The position numbers were made by a program, and so were the translations under genes. The notes beneath the pieces were generated by a model, which worked only from the letters and a program-made list of their open reading frames with translations, made no database searches and had not been told where the DNA came from. A stretch of 64,000 bases of DNA, from assembly GCA_041641295.1 (NCBI GenBank), contig JBEPYO010000001.1:960001-1024000 (forward strand), in the 5' to 3' direction. How positions within the stretch are numbered: the first letter of the stretch is position 1; each line of letters opens with the position of its first letter. This DNA is from Nitrososphaerota archaeon. GTDB taxonomy: Archaea; Thermoproteota; Nitrososphaeria_A; Caldarchaeales; Calditenuaceae. This document shows, in pieces, positions 46,114-55,155 of the stretch.

Positions 46114-48831
46114 TCACCGGTAGAGCCTGCTGATCTCTAGGCGCTTGAGCAGCTCTATACTTGTGAAGGTCGTAACTGCTCCCAGTGCCATCCATGCAAC
46201 ATCCCTGGGGCCGGGTGGCACTATGTGTAGGGCTTGGCGCGTTACGGGTATGATTGTTAGAATTGTTATCAACGTGATCTCCCAGAGTATTGTGATTAGG
46301 AGCCACTTGTGGGGGCGGAACTTGAAGATCGACTGGCTAAGGGAGACTGTGTTAAGGGCTACGGCCAGCTCGACGAATACAAACATTAGAAAGAGCCTAC
46401 TGCGGGCTGCCTCTATCCCCAACGTGAGAGCGTCAATAAAGCCTAGAAGCAGGACTGGAGTCTCAACTATCAGCGCCCTGACCAAGTATTCCTTAATGTC
46501 GCGGGTAAAGACTCTCTCACCCCTCGGGCGGGGGGCTCTCCGCATTATATCAGGCTCAGGCGGAGTGAAGCCCAGGGCTATTGCGGGCAACCCATCCGTC
46601 GCGAGGTTGATGTAGAGTATCTGGACTGGGAGGAGTGGTAGAAGCTCCTCACCGCCAACGCCTAAGAAGGGCAATATTATAAGCGCCGAGATAGCGATCA
46701 CAGCTATCTCGACGAAGTTCGCTTGGAGCAGATACGCTAGATACTTCTTAATGTTGTCATAGATCCATCTGCCCAGCTCGACCGCCTTGACGATGGTTGA
46801 GAAGTTGTCGTCCAGCAGGATCAGGTCCGAGGCCTCTTTTGTCACCTCTGTTCCCGTCAGCCCCATCGCGACGCCGATGTCTGCGCGCTTCAGGGCTGGT
46901 GCGTCATTTACTCCATCCCCCGTCATGGCTACTGTCTTCCCCCGCTTCTTCCAAGCCTCCACGATGCGTAGCTTATCGCTAGGAGATACGCGGGCGTAGA
47001 CTGTGATCTTCTCAACCTTCTCCTCGAGCTCTTCGTCGCTCATCTTTGCAAGATCCGCGCCAGTTACCGCGATGTCACCTTCTTGATAGATGCCGACCTC
47101 TCTGGCTACGGCTAGGGCTGTTAGACGGTGGTCGCCGGTAATCATTATCGGCTTTATCTTCGCCATCCGGCACTTCTCCACCGCCTCCTTCACCTCGGGT
47201 CTCGGAGGGTCTATGATGCCCACAAGCCCAAGTAGGGTGAATCCGTGCTCTATCTCCTCCTCAGAATAGCTGGATATGGGCTCTTGTATCTCCCTCTCGG
47301 CGACGGCTAATACTCTTAGACCGCGGGCAGCCATCTGCTCGTTAGTGTTTGATAGCCTATTCCTCCACTCCTCCGTGAGCTCAACGGTGGAGCCGTCGAC
47401 TATGACCCTGCTACAGAGCCCGACAACAACCTCAGGAGCCCCCTTCATGTAGGCCACGAGCCTGCCTGTCGAGGATACGATAGTGGTCATACGCTTGCGT
47501 TCGGAGGCGAAGGGTATCTCGGAAACCCGCCTATGCTTGGACCGCGCCTCGATATGATTTACCCCGAAACTCTCGGCCATCAAGACGAGAGCCGCCTCAG
47601 TTGGGTCGCCGTATATCTCGTGGCGGTCAGCAACCTTTTTGACTACGGCGTCCGAGGAGAGTACCGCGGCCAGTGCTAGTCTCTGGAGGTCATGTAGCTG
47701 CCTACTCTCTGACTTGAGCTCGGCGAGGCCTTGAGGGTTTGACAGCTCATAGAACCTCCCGCCTAGAAACACCTCCTTAACCATCATCTCGCCCTTAGTG
47801 ATGGTTCCAGTCTTATCCGAGCATATCACCTCGGTTGACCCGAGCGTCTCGACGGCTGCCATGCTCCGCGCGACAGCATTCCTCTTCGCGAGCATCCACA
47901 TTCCTACTGCAAGAGTGCTTGTAACTATGGCTGGGAGGGCCTCAGGTACGGCAGCTACTGCGAGGGCGACTGCGAACATGAAGACGCTTATCACTAAGTC
48001 GTAGGAGAGTGCTTTCCCCAGAACTGTAATCTCTGCCAGCTCAACGGCCGCAATCACGGCTATTATCAGCAGAATTATCTTCCCTAGGCTCCTCGCAACC
48101 TCCTCCATCCTCCGCTCAAGCGGAGTCCTCTCCTCCCGTATCTCCAAGACCTCCTTCGCAATCTTTCCAAACTCTGTCCGCATCCCAGTCGCAGTAACGA
48201 CCGCCTTACCCTTACCCGCAGTTATCGTCGTCCCGGCATAGAGCATGTTCACCCTGTCAGGGAGGGGAGTGTCCTCTGGGAGCGTTGATGCGGTTTTGGC
48301 GACTGGTATCGACTCGCCGGTCAGAGCTGCCTCATAGGCCTGTAGGCCATGCGACTCCACAACCCTGGCGTCCGCTACGACCTTATCCCCTGCTTCGAGT
48401 AGAAGGATATCGCCTGGGACGACATCCTCTGCCTTGACCTTGACTCTAACGCCCTCCCTAAGGACGCTGCAGCTCGGAGCCATCATCCTCTTCAAGGCCT
48501 CTACAATCCTCTCAGAGCGGAACTCCTGCCAGAAGCCCAGAAACGCAGCCAAGAAAACTATCACAAGAATCACAACAGAGTCGACGATCTCGCCTAGGAG
48601 GGCCGATATGGCCGTTGCAACAATAAGGATTATGATCATCAGGTTTAGGAACTGTCTCAGAAGTATCCTCAAGGGAGAGACTCCCTTCCCCCGCTCAATC
48701 ACATTTGGGCCGAAGGTCTTAAGCCGCTCAGCCACCTCATCCTTCCCCAGACCAGTGTCAAGATTCGAGCCCAGCAGCCTCAGACACTCAGAAGCCTCGA
48801 GGGCATGCCAGGCATACTGCTTCTCAGCCAA
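46114..48831 (-). CDS. P2-type cation-transporting ATPase (Ca2+-like)
   Basis: LTGES, PEAL, SDKTGT, KGAPE, TGDGVNDAPAL, INLATDG. Confidence 0.95.
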   Translation of the reverse strand: MAEKQYAWHALEASECLRLLGSNLDTGLGKDEVAERLKTFGPNVIERGKGVSPLRILLRQFLNLMIIILIVATAISALLGEIVDSVVILVIVFLAAFLGFWQEFRSERIVEALKRMMAPSCSVLREGVRVKVKAEDVVPGDILLLEAGDKVVADARVVESHGLQAYEAALTGESIPVAKTASTLPEDTPLPDRVNMLYAGTTITAGKGKAVVTATGMRTEFGKIAKEVLEIREERTPLERRMEEVARSLGKIILLIIAVIAAVELAEITVLGKALSYDLVISVFMFAVALAVAAVPEALPAIVTSTLAVGMWMLAKRNAVARSMAAVETLGSTEVICSDKTGTITKGEMMVKEVFLGGRFYELSNPQGLAELKSESRQLHDLQRLALAAVLSSDAVVKKVADRHEIYGDPTEAALVLMAESFGVNHIEARSKHRRVSEIPFASERKRMTTIVSSTGRLVAYMKGAPEVVVGLCSRVIVDGSTVELTEEWRNRLSNTNEQMAARGLRVLAVAEREIQEPISSYSEEEIEHGFTLLGLVGIIDPPRPEVKEAVEKCRMAKIKPIMITGDHRLTALAVAREVGIYQEGDIAVTGADLAKMSDEELEEKVEKITVYARVSPSDKLRIVEAWKKRGKTVAMTGDGVNDAPALKRADIGVAMGLTGTEVTKEASDLILLDDNFSTIVKAVELGRWIYDNIKKYLAYLLQANFVEIAVIAISALIILPFLGVGGEELLPLLPVQILYINLATDGLPAIALGFTPPEPDIMRRAPRPRGERVFTRDIKEYLVRALIVETPVLLLGFIDALTLGIEAARSRLFLMFVFVELAVALNTVSLSQSIFKFRPHKWLLITILWEITLITILTIIPVTRQALHIVPPGPRDVAWMALGAVTTFTSIELLKRLEISRLYR

Positions 48832-48927
48832 CCTTCACATACACCCAGCGCCCCCTCCAATATATTTGGGTAATTGATTGAGACTCGGTGTTGAATTAAT
48901 AGGCTGGCTAGGCGCTGAATATGCTAG

Positions 48928-49497
48928 TTGCCGGTCAGGATAGCTCTAGACCTTGATGGGGTGCTGTCGGACTCTATGGGGCGCTGGGTTGAGGTCTGGA
49001 ACTCGAGGTATGGCCACCCTAGACTTTCAGTCGAGGATATACGTGAGTGGGATTTTTGGCGTGGCCTAGGAATCACTTTGGAGACGTTTAACGAAGTGTT
49101 TGACGAGGTTTGGAGAGAATGGGTCTACCTGAGGCCTCTGGAGGAGAATATCGGGGAAAAGGTCGCACGCCTCGCATACTTCGGCAGGGTCGACATAGTT
49201 AGTGGCCGGTCGACAAGACATCTACCATACGTGAAGAGCTGGCTCAGCCACCATAAAATAAGGTATGACACCATCTTCCTAGGCGTCTCATCTAAGAGTA
49301 GGCTAACCCACGACATTTTCATCGACGACTCGCCTGTTGAGGCTGTCCGAATAGCTGAGACAGCCAGATACGTCCTGCTCCGAGACCAGCCCTGGAACAG
49401 AAACGTCCCTAAAAGCAAATTCATCATAAGGGTGAGAAATCTCGAGGAAGCAATCAAAAAGCTGGCCGAAGAGGTTTTCCCCGGAACCCTCCCCTAA
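48928..49497 (+). CDS. HAD-superfamily 5'(3')-deoxyribonucleotidase-like protein
   Basis: ALDLDGVL, IVSGR, FIDDSP, QPWNR. Confidence 0.85.
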   Translation: MPVRIALDLDGVLSDSMGRWVEVWNSRYGHPRLSVEDIREWDFWRGLGITLETFNEVFDEVWREWVYLRPLEENIGEKVARLAYFGRVDIVSGRSTRHLPYVKSWLSHHKIRYDTIFLGVSSKSRLTHDIFIDDSPVEAVRIAETARYVLLRDQPWNRNVPKSKFIIRVRNLEEAIKKLAEEVFPGTLP

Positions 49498-49538
49498 AAC
49501 AGCTATTTATTATGGTTGACAGGTGGCTCGAGGTGAGC

Positions 49539-50990
49539 ATGGAGATACAGGCTCTGAGCCCCCTTATCCTTTCCATAGCTCTTCCACTCGGTCTCTCACC
49601 TATAGCCGCCTTCTTCGGCAGAGTAATACACCCCCGCAGCGCCGGGATATTCGCTACGATCGTGCTCTTCTTCCCCATGATTTTCAGCCTCCTACTCTAT
49701 CCGGCAATAAGCGGCGGCGCGGTTGTGGAGGAGAGGTTTAGCTGGATTCCAGAGCTGGGCCTCACTTTCACCCTGAGGCTTGACCAGCTGAGCTACCCGT
49801 TCTATCTCTTGATCACGCTAGTCGGCTTCCTCTCCACACTCTACTCTATACGGTATATGGAGCATGAGAGGGGGCTGGGCTCCTACTACTCCCTGACCAT
49901 GATGTTTGTCGCCGGAATGATTGGAGTCGTCCTCTCGACAAACCTCTTCCTCTTCTACATTTTCTGGGAGCTGATGCTCATACCCAGCTACTTCCTCATC
50001 GCCTACTGGGGCTCCGGAAACGCGCGTATAATCGGCTTCAAGTATTTCGGTATGACGCATGTCGGGGCAATAGCCCTCCTGTCCGGAATCATCTGGCTCA
50101 ACTCCCTCTATGGGAGCGTGGAGCTCGATGTCCTCCGCCTAGCTCTTGCAGGCGGATCGCCGACCATGCTGAGCATAGCCACCCTCATATTCATCGGGGC
50201 GGCTGTTAAGATGGCCCTCTTCCCACTCCACAGCTGGCTCCCCGACGCTCACGCAGAGGCGCCAACACCGATAAGCGTCCTCCTGAGCGGCGTGATGATT
50301 AAGACTGGGGTATACGCTTATGCCAGGCTCATCAACGAGCTTATGCCGGCCGCGTTTCAGCAGGCCCTGCCAGTAGTTACGCCACTGGCTGTCGTAACTG
50401 TTTTCTGGGGAGGGATGATGGCCCTAGTTCAGACAGATATCAAGAGGATACTTGCCTACAGCTCTATCAGCCAGATAGGCTACATGGTCTTCGGCCTCTC
50501 ACTCCAGTCAAGCATCGGCTTAACAGGTGGACTTCTACACGTAGTTACCCACGGCCTCGCCAAGTCCCTCCTCTTCATGGCCGCAGGCAGCATAATGCAC
50601 TCGACGGGGGAGAGGGACATAAACAAGCTGGGCGGGCTCATGAGGCCCATGTGGTTCACCGCGTCTGTCTTCCTCATAGGAGGCCTCTCCATAGCAGGCA
50701 CACCCCCACTAGCAGGGTTTTTCAGCGAGTGGATGATCTTCACCGGCGGATTCCAGTCCAACATCATGCTCTACACGATACTGGCCATACTAGGGACGGC
50801 CCTAACCCTCGGATACTATCTCAAGGCATTCATGTATGTCTTCGCTAGGGGTGAAGCCTCCGGCAACGTTAAGGAGGCTCCCGCCAGCATGGCTGTGCCA
50901 ATGGCAATACTCGCAGCCATTATACTATTGGCAGGGGTAACAACTCCGCCAATAACCGGGATCCTAAACATGGCAATAGCAAAACAATAG
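49539..50990 (+). CDS. nuoM: proton-translocating complex I subunit M / Mrp antiporter-like subunit
   Basis: FYIFWELMLIP, VKMALFPLHSWLPDAHAEAP, KRILAYSSISQIG, GFFSEW; ATG 49539 with GAGGTGA SD. Confidence 0.8.
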   Translation: MEIQALSPLILSIALPLGLSPIAAFFGRVIHPRSAGIFATIVLFFPMIFSLLLYPAISGGAVVEERFSWIPELGLTFTLRLDQLSYPFYLLITLVGFLSTLYSIRYMEHERGLGSYYSLTMMFVAGMIGVVLSTNLFLFYIFWELMLIPSYFLIAYWGSGNARIIGFKYFGMTHVGAIALLSGIIWLNSLYGSVELDVLRLALAGGSPTMLSIATLIFIGAAVKMALFPLHSWLPDAHAEAPTPISVLLSGVMIKTGVYAYARLINELMPAAFQQALPVVTPLAVVTVFWGGMMALVQTDIKRILAYSSISQIGYMVFGLSLQSSIGLTGGLLHVVTHGLAKSLLFMAAGSIMHSTGERDINKLGGLMRPMWFTASVFLIGGLSIAGTPPLAGFFSEWMIFTGGFQSNIMLYTILAILGTALTLGYYLKAFMYVFARGEASGNVKEAPASMAVPMAILAAIILLAGVTTPPITGILNMAIAKQ

Positions 50991-51041
50991 CAAGAACTAC
51001 ACCCGGACAAATTTTTATACAGCGAAGTCGCGGCCACTGTT

Positions 51042-51929
51042 ATGCAGGAGCCCCTAGTCTACATAGACGGAGAATTCTATGCAAAATCCGCCGCTAAAAT
51101 CTCTGTCTTCGACCATGGCTTCCTCTACGGGGATGGCGTCTTCGAGGGGATAAGAGTGTATGACGGCGTCATCTTCAAGCTTAAAGAACACGTGGAGAGG
51201 CTATACAGGTCCGCCAAGGCGATACGGCTCGAGATCCCCATGACGATGGAGGAGATGATCGACGCGGTTGTTAAGACCGTGAGGGTGAATGGGTCCCGTG
51301 ACGCGTATATCAGGCTGGTTGTAACGCGAGGCGTCGGCGATTTAGGCTTAGATCCGCGGAAATGCGGCAAGCCCTCAGTCATTATTATTGTTGAACGGCT
51401 TGAGCCGATTCTCGGTGCGAAGGCCCGCGAGTTTGGTGTCAAGCTAATAATCAGCTCCACGCGGAGGGACCCGGTATATGCGACTTCGCACGAGGTCAAG
51501 AGCCTCAACTATCTAAACAGTATCCTAGCTAAGTTAGAGGCAATAGCGGCTGGTGCGGATGACGCGGTCATGCTTGACTCGCGGGGATTCGTCTCAGAGG
51601 CAACTGGGGCCAACCTATTCGCCGTATGGGATGAAGCCTTATACACACCGCCCGTAGCCGCAGGAATCCTGCCAGGGATAACTCGCGCAGTGGTTATGGA
51701 TATAGCACGGAAGATTGGAATCTCCGTACAGGAGCGCGATATAACCCCTACAGAACTTCTAACAAGCAGTGAGGTCTTCCTAACCGGAACCGGCGCCGAG
51801 ATAGTCCCTGTAGCCATGATAAGTGGAGTTAAGATAGGAAAGACAGTCCCAGGCCCTATCACGAAGAAGATAATCGAGGAGTTCGACAGAATTAAATCCG
51901 ACCCAGCCAACGGTGTGAAGGCACTCTAA
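51042..51929 (+). CDS. ilvE: branched-chain amino acid aminotransferase
   Basis: DHGFLYGDGVFEG, VKSLNYLN (PLP Lys), SEATGANLF, LPGITR, EVFLTGTGAE. Confidence 0.95.
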   Translation: MQEPLVYIDGEFYAKSAAKISVFDHGFLYGDGVFEGIRVYDGVIFKLKEHVERLYRSAKAIRLEIPMTMEEMIDAVVKTVRVNGSRDAYIRLVVTRGVGDLGLDPRKCGKPSVIIIVERLEPILGAKAREFGVKLIISSTRRDPVYATSHEVKSLNYLNSILAKLEAIAAGADDAVMLDSRGFVSEATGANLFAVWDEALYTPPVAAGILPGITRAVVMDIARKIGISVQERDITPTELLTSSEVFLTGTGAEIVPVAMISGVKIGKTVPGPITKKIIEEFDRIKSDPANGVKAL

Positions 51930-52102
51930 AAAAGTAAAGATTAGAAAAACTTAGGTACACAAAAATATTCACAAGTTTTTGGCGGACAGCAATAGGCAGG
52001 TAAGTCCTGCCCTTAGTCCGAGAAATTTAGACAAACCCGCCCTAATAGACGCAAATCGAAAATCTTTAATACACCAATTTCTCATCAACTCGTGAGAAAG
52101 AC

Positions 52103-52165
52103 ATGCCAGGAAGGAAGAAGAGTAGCACGAGAAAGAGGAAGGCTGGGAAGACTCGGAAGAAATAA
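52103..52165 (+). CDS. 20-aa Lys/Arg-rich micropeptide (absent from ORF track)
   Basis: MPGRKKSSTRKRKAGKTRKK*; BRE/TATA CGAAAA..TTTAATA at 52057-52071; downstream hairpin 52233-52266 and T-run. Confidence 0.55.
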   Translation: MPGRKKSSTRKRKAGKTRKK

Positions 52166-52435
52166 GCGACCGGAAAGACTAGGGAGGAGAAGAATACTGA
52201 CAGTAGAAGCCATAGCGGCCCAATAAGGTCTAGCCTAGAGTGTGAATAGAGAAAACGCTGCTAGGCCCCTTCCACGCTCGGAATTTTTGGCAGATCTCAC
52301 TCACCCAAATTCGTGGCTAGCGTTGCTGAACCCGGTGGACATCTGATCTCTAGCTTCGAAATCGAGTCTGACAAGCCTTGAAGGCGGATGTGAGTTTCAA
52401 AGAGCTTCTATGCCTATTCAGCCGGCCTAGTGGTC

Positions 52436-53242
52436 CTACAGGCGTAGACCAAGCTTGGTCAAAAAGAGGGAGATAGCCAAAACGCCTAACAAGACAAAGA
52501 CCGTCGCAGCTCCTGGAGAAATATCTAGAAAATAAGATAGCAATAGACCGAAGAAGAGTGAGGCCTCGCCAAAAGCCACTGAGAAGAGAATAGCTTTACG
52601 CATGGAAGATACAAGTACGCCCCCAGCCATCACTGGAACAACGATAAGAGCAGTAACGAGAAGTACACCCACAACCCTAACACTAACCGCTACGGCAAGC
52701 CCGGTGACAAGTGCAAACAAAGCCTCGTACAGTCCCACATTCACTCCCCTAATTCGCGCCAACTCTTCACTAACGGCATAGAGCAAAACTCCTCCAAAAT
52801 TCCGCAAGACAAAAATCAGAGCGAAGGCAGAGATGAGGAGCCCCGCAACTATGTCCTCAATGCTCACTGCCAAAACACTCCCAAACAATACAGACCCCAA
52901 ACTAACCCGCGCACCCCGAGAAATCGCAACCGCCGCAATAGCAGCACTCAATGACAAAAGAATAGCCAAAACCTGATCACCCGATAGGCCAAACCCCCGA
53001 ACAAGTCTCAAAGCAACAAAAACACCTACAACTACAACCACGTATGCCAGGTAAACTCCAGAAATACCAAACAAAGCACCCAAAGCCACCGAGGCCAAGA
53101 CAAAATGTGATGAGGAATCGCCTAGGAGGGAAAGTCTCTTAGGGACAATAAAACAGCCCACAAATGGGAGGATAAAACCGGCTACCAGGCCGGCCAGAAA
53201 AGCCCTCTGCATAAAGGGTTGGAGGAAAATCTCAAAAACCAA
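52436..53242 (-). CDS. metal (Zn/Mn/Fe) ABC transporter permease
   Basis: FMQRAFLAG, LLGDSSSH, LFGSVLAVS, VVGVLLVTALIVVP. Confidence 0.92.
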   Translation of the reverse strand: MVFEIFLQPFMQRAFLAGLVAGFILPFVGCFIVPKRLSLLGDSSSHFVLASVALGALFGISGVYLAYVVVVVGVFVALRLVRGFGLSGDQVLAILLSLSAAIAAVAISRGARVSLGSVLFGSVLAVSIEDIVAGLLISAFALIFVLRNFGGVLLYAVSEELARIRGVNVGLYEALFALVTGLAVAVSVRVVGVLLVTALIVVPVMAGGVLVSSMRKAILFSVAFGEASLFFGLLLSYFLDISPGAATVFVLLGVLAISLFLTKLGLRL

Positions 53243-53244
53243 GG

Positions 53245-53976
53245 CTAATGCCCATGCTTAACCAAGTACACGTGGAATCCGTAGATGTTGCAGAGCTGCT
53301 CGGAATTAACCAGCTCGGTAATACTCCCATCGAAGAGTGCCCCGCGATTAATGCAGATCACCCGCGAAGCCAAGGTCGATAAAGCCGCGACGTCATGCGT
53401 AGCTATGATGGCCGAGAGTCCCCATTCCGTGCGAAGCCTATCCAAGAGCTGCATAAACGCGGCAACACCGTTCTGGTCAAGAAAGACTGTAGGTTCGTCG
53501 AGAAGCAGCAGCTCTGGCCTGTTGACTAGGGAGGCTGCAAGCATGACTCTTTGAAGATTACCGCCTGACAGGTCGTGAATCCTCTGCCCCAAAACCCCTT
53601 CAGGATCCTCAATACCCACTAGCTGCAGTGCCTCTATGGGATCTAGCCCCTCCCTCACAACTCGCGAGGCCCGGAGAAACTCGCTTACACTAATCGGCAT
53701 CCTCTCAAAAAATGTTGTAGCATTCTGGGGAAGATAGCCCACGCGCCACCATTCCCGAAAACTCTTCACATCAACTCCAAACACCCTGACGACCCCTCTA
53801 ACAGGCCTAACTAGGCCAACAATGGCTTTAAGAATCGTCGACTTACCTCCACCGTTCGGCCCCAAAAGGAATACTACCTCCCGTGGACCCAGCCTAAACG
53901 AGACATTACTAATAGCCTCGACGCCTCTGACATAGGATACGGCAACATTATCAAAGACTACAACTGGGTCAGCCAC
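53245..53976 (-). CDS. metal ABC transporter ATP-binding protein
   Basis: GPNGGGKST, LSGGNLQRV, LLLLDEPT, THD. Confidence 0.93.
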   Translation of the reverse strand: MADPVVVFDNVAVSYVRGVEAISNVSFRLGPREVVFLLGPNGGGKSTILKAIVGLVRPVRGVVRVFGVDVKSFREWWRVGYLPQNATTFFERMPISVSEFLRASRVVREGLDPIEALQLVGIEDPEGVLGQRIHDLSGGNLQRVMLAASLVNRPELLLLDEPTVFLDQNGVAAFMQLLDRLRTEWGLSAIIATHDVAALSTLASRVICINRGALFDGSITELVNSEQLCNIYGFHVYLVKHGH

Positions 53977-54865
53977 ACTTGAACCCCTCCTCCAATGCCT
54001 CCAGATTCAGACGCATCAAATAGACATAACCCTTCCCCTCCCGCACATCCTCGAGTGTCAAGCCTTCCCCCGTATAAAGCATCAAGACCCTTAGACCAAA
54101 CTCTCTGCTCAAAGACTCGACTATGGGGTGGATAAAATCATCCTCAGCATATATGGCGCAGACACGCTCTAGGGCCTCCCTAACCTCCATAATGTGGGAA
54201 GCGGTGGGCTCCTCCTCTTCAGGTCCCAATACAGGCAAGATTCGAAGACCATATTCCTCTGCGAGATACCTAAAAGCATTATGTTGTGTAACGATGACCC
54301 GGCCCCTATAGGGGGCCAGTATATTGTTGAAATCCTCGTGCAGCTTATCAAGCTCGCCAAGCATCGCAGCGGCATTCTCTCTAATCCTCGGAGCAAGCTC
54401 GGGAAACTCTAGAGACAGCTCGCGGGCAATATTCTCTACCAAGACTCTCACATTACGCGGACTCAGCCACAGGTGGGCATCATACCCCATACCTTCCTCC
54501 AGTCTCAGTAGAGAAATACCTTCAGAGGCCTTAAAGCTTCTGACACCTGCTGATGCTGCAATCCTTGCACCCCAGTCATCAAATCCCTCCACGGTCCATA
54601 TGAGTAGTCGCGACCGGGCAACCTCTCTGACAGCCTCTGGAGTGGGCTCCCAGTCGTGAATCTCTACGGCAGGGGGAAGGAGCTGGACAACCTGAATCTC
54701 GCCACCTCCAAGCCGGTAAACAATCTCGCCGAGCAGCCCCCAAGTAACTGCTACTGAGCTCCCACGAGGAGCACTAGGGGAAAACTGGCTCCCCCCCAGC
54801 CAAAAAGAGGAAAAAATCACGGCTGCCGAAACGACGGCGAGTAAGACCACAAACCGCAACTTCAT
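53969..54865 (-). CDS. metal ABC transporter substrate-binding protein (ZnuA/TroA cluster A-I)
   Basis: IHDWEP, DAHLWLSP and HNAF His ligands; N-terminal membrane anchor. Confidence 0.92.
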   Translation of the reverse strand: MKLRFVVLLAVVSAAVIFSSFWLGGSQFSPSAPRGSSVAVTWGLLGEIVYRLGGGEIQVVQLLPPAVEIHDWEPTPEAVREVARSRLLIWTVEGFDDWGARIAASAGVRSFKASEGISLLRLEEGMGYDAHLWLSPRNVRVLVENIARELSLEFPELAPRIRENAAAMLGELDKLHEDFNNILAPYRGRVIVTQHNAFRYLAEEYGLRILPVLGPEEEEPTASHIMEVREALERVCAIYAEDDFIHPIVESLSREFGLRVLMLYTGEGLTLEDVREGKGYVYLMRLNLEALEEGFKCG

Positions 54866-54886
54866 TATTGAGGCAGCACCATCGAA

Positions 54887-54909
54887 AAATTTAGGGTCGC
54901 CCTAAATTT
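54887..54909. promoter_or_regulatory. perfect 10-3-10 inverted repeat, probable metalloregulator operator
   Basis: AAATTTAGGG-TCG-CCCTAAATTT lies between a minus-strand TTATAT box (54919-54914) and the ABC operon start. Confidence 0.75.
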
Positions 54910-54998
54910 AAGCATATAACAAACACACCCACAAGACCTAAGCCCCCACAACTCTCACGGAAAACTAATATAGACGTGGCGAATAGCTAGGTCTCGGA

Positions 54999-55154
54999 AT
55001 GCCATCCCACGGCTCAATAACAAAAGCAGGCAAAGTCAGAAGCCAGACACCAAAGATAGAGCCTAGGCCACACAGGTCTCCAACGCCTAGAGAGAGGAAC
55101 AGGAATAACTACATCAAGAGGGTGCTCACCGCTTCAGCGCAGCAGAGAGAATAG
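54999..55154 (+). CDS. rps30e: 30S ribosomal protein eS30 (absent from ORF track)
   Basis: MPSHGSITKAGKVRSQTPKIEPRP...RERNRNNYIKRV. Confidence 0.95.
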   Translation: MPSHGSITKAGKVRSQTPKIEPRPHRSPTPRERNRNNYIKRVLTASAQQRE

Positions 55155-55155
55155 A

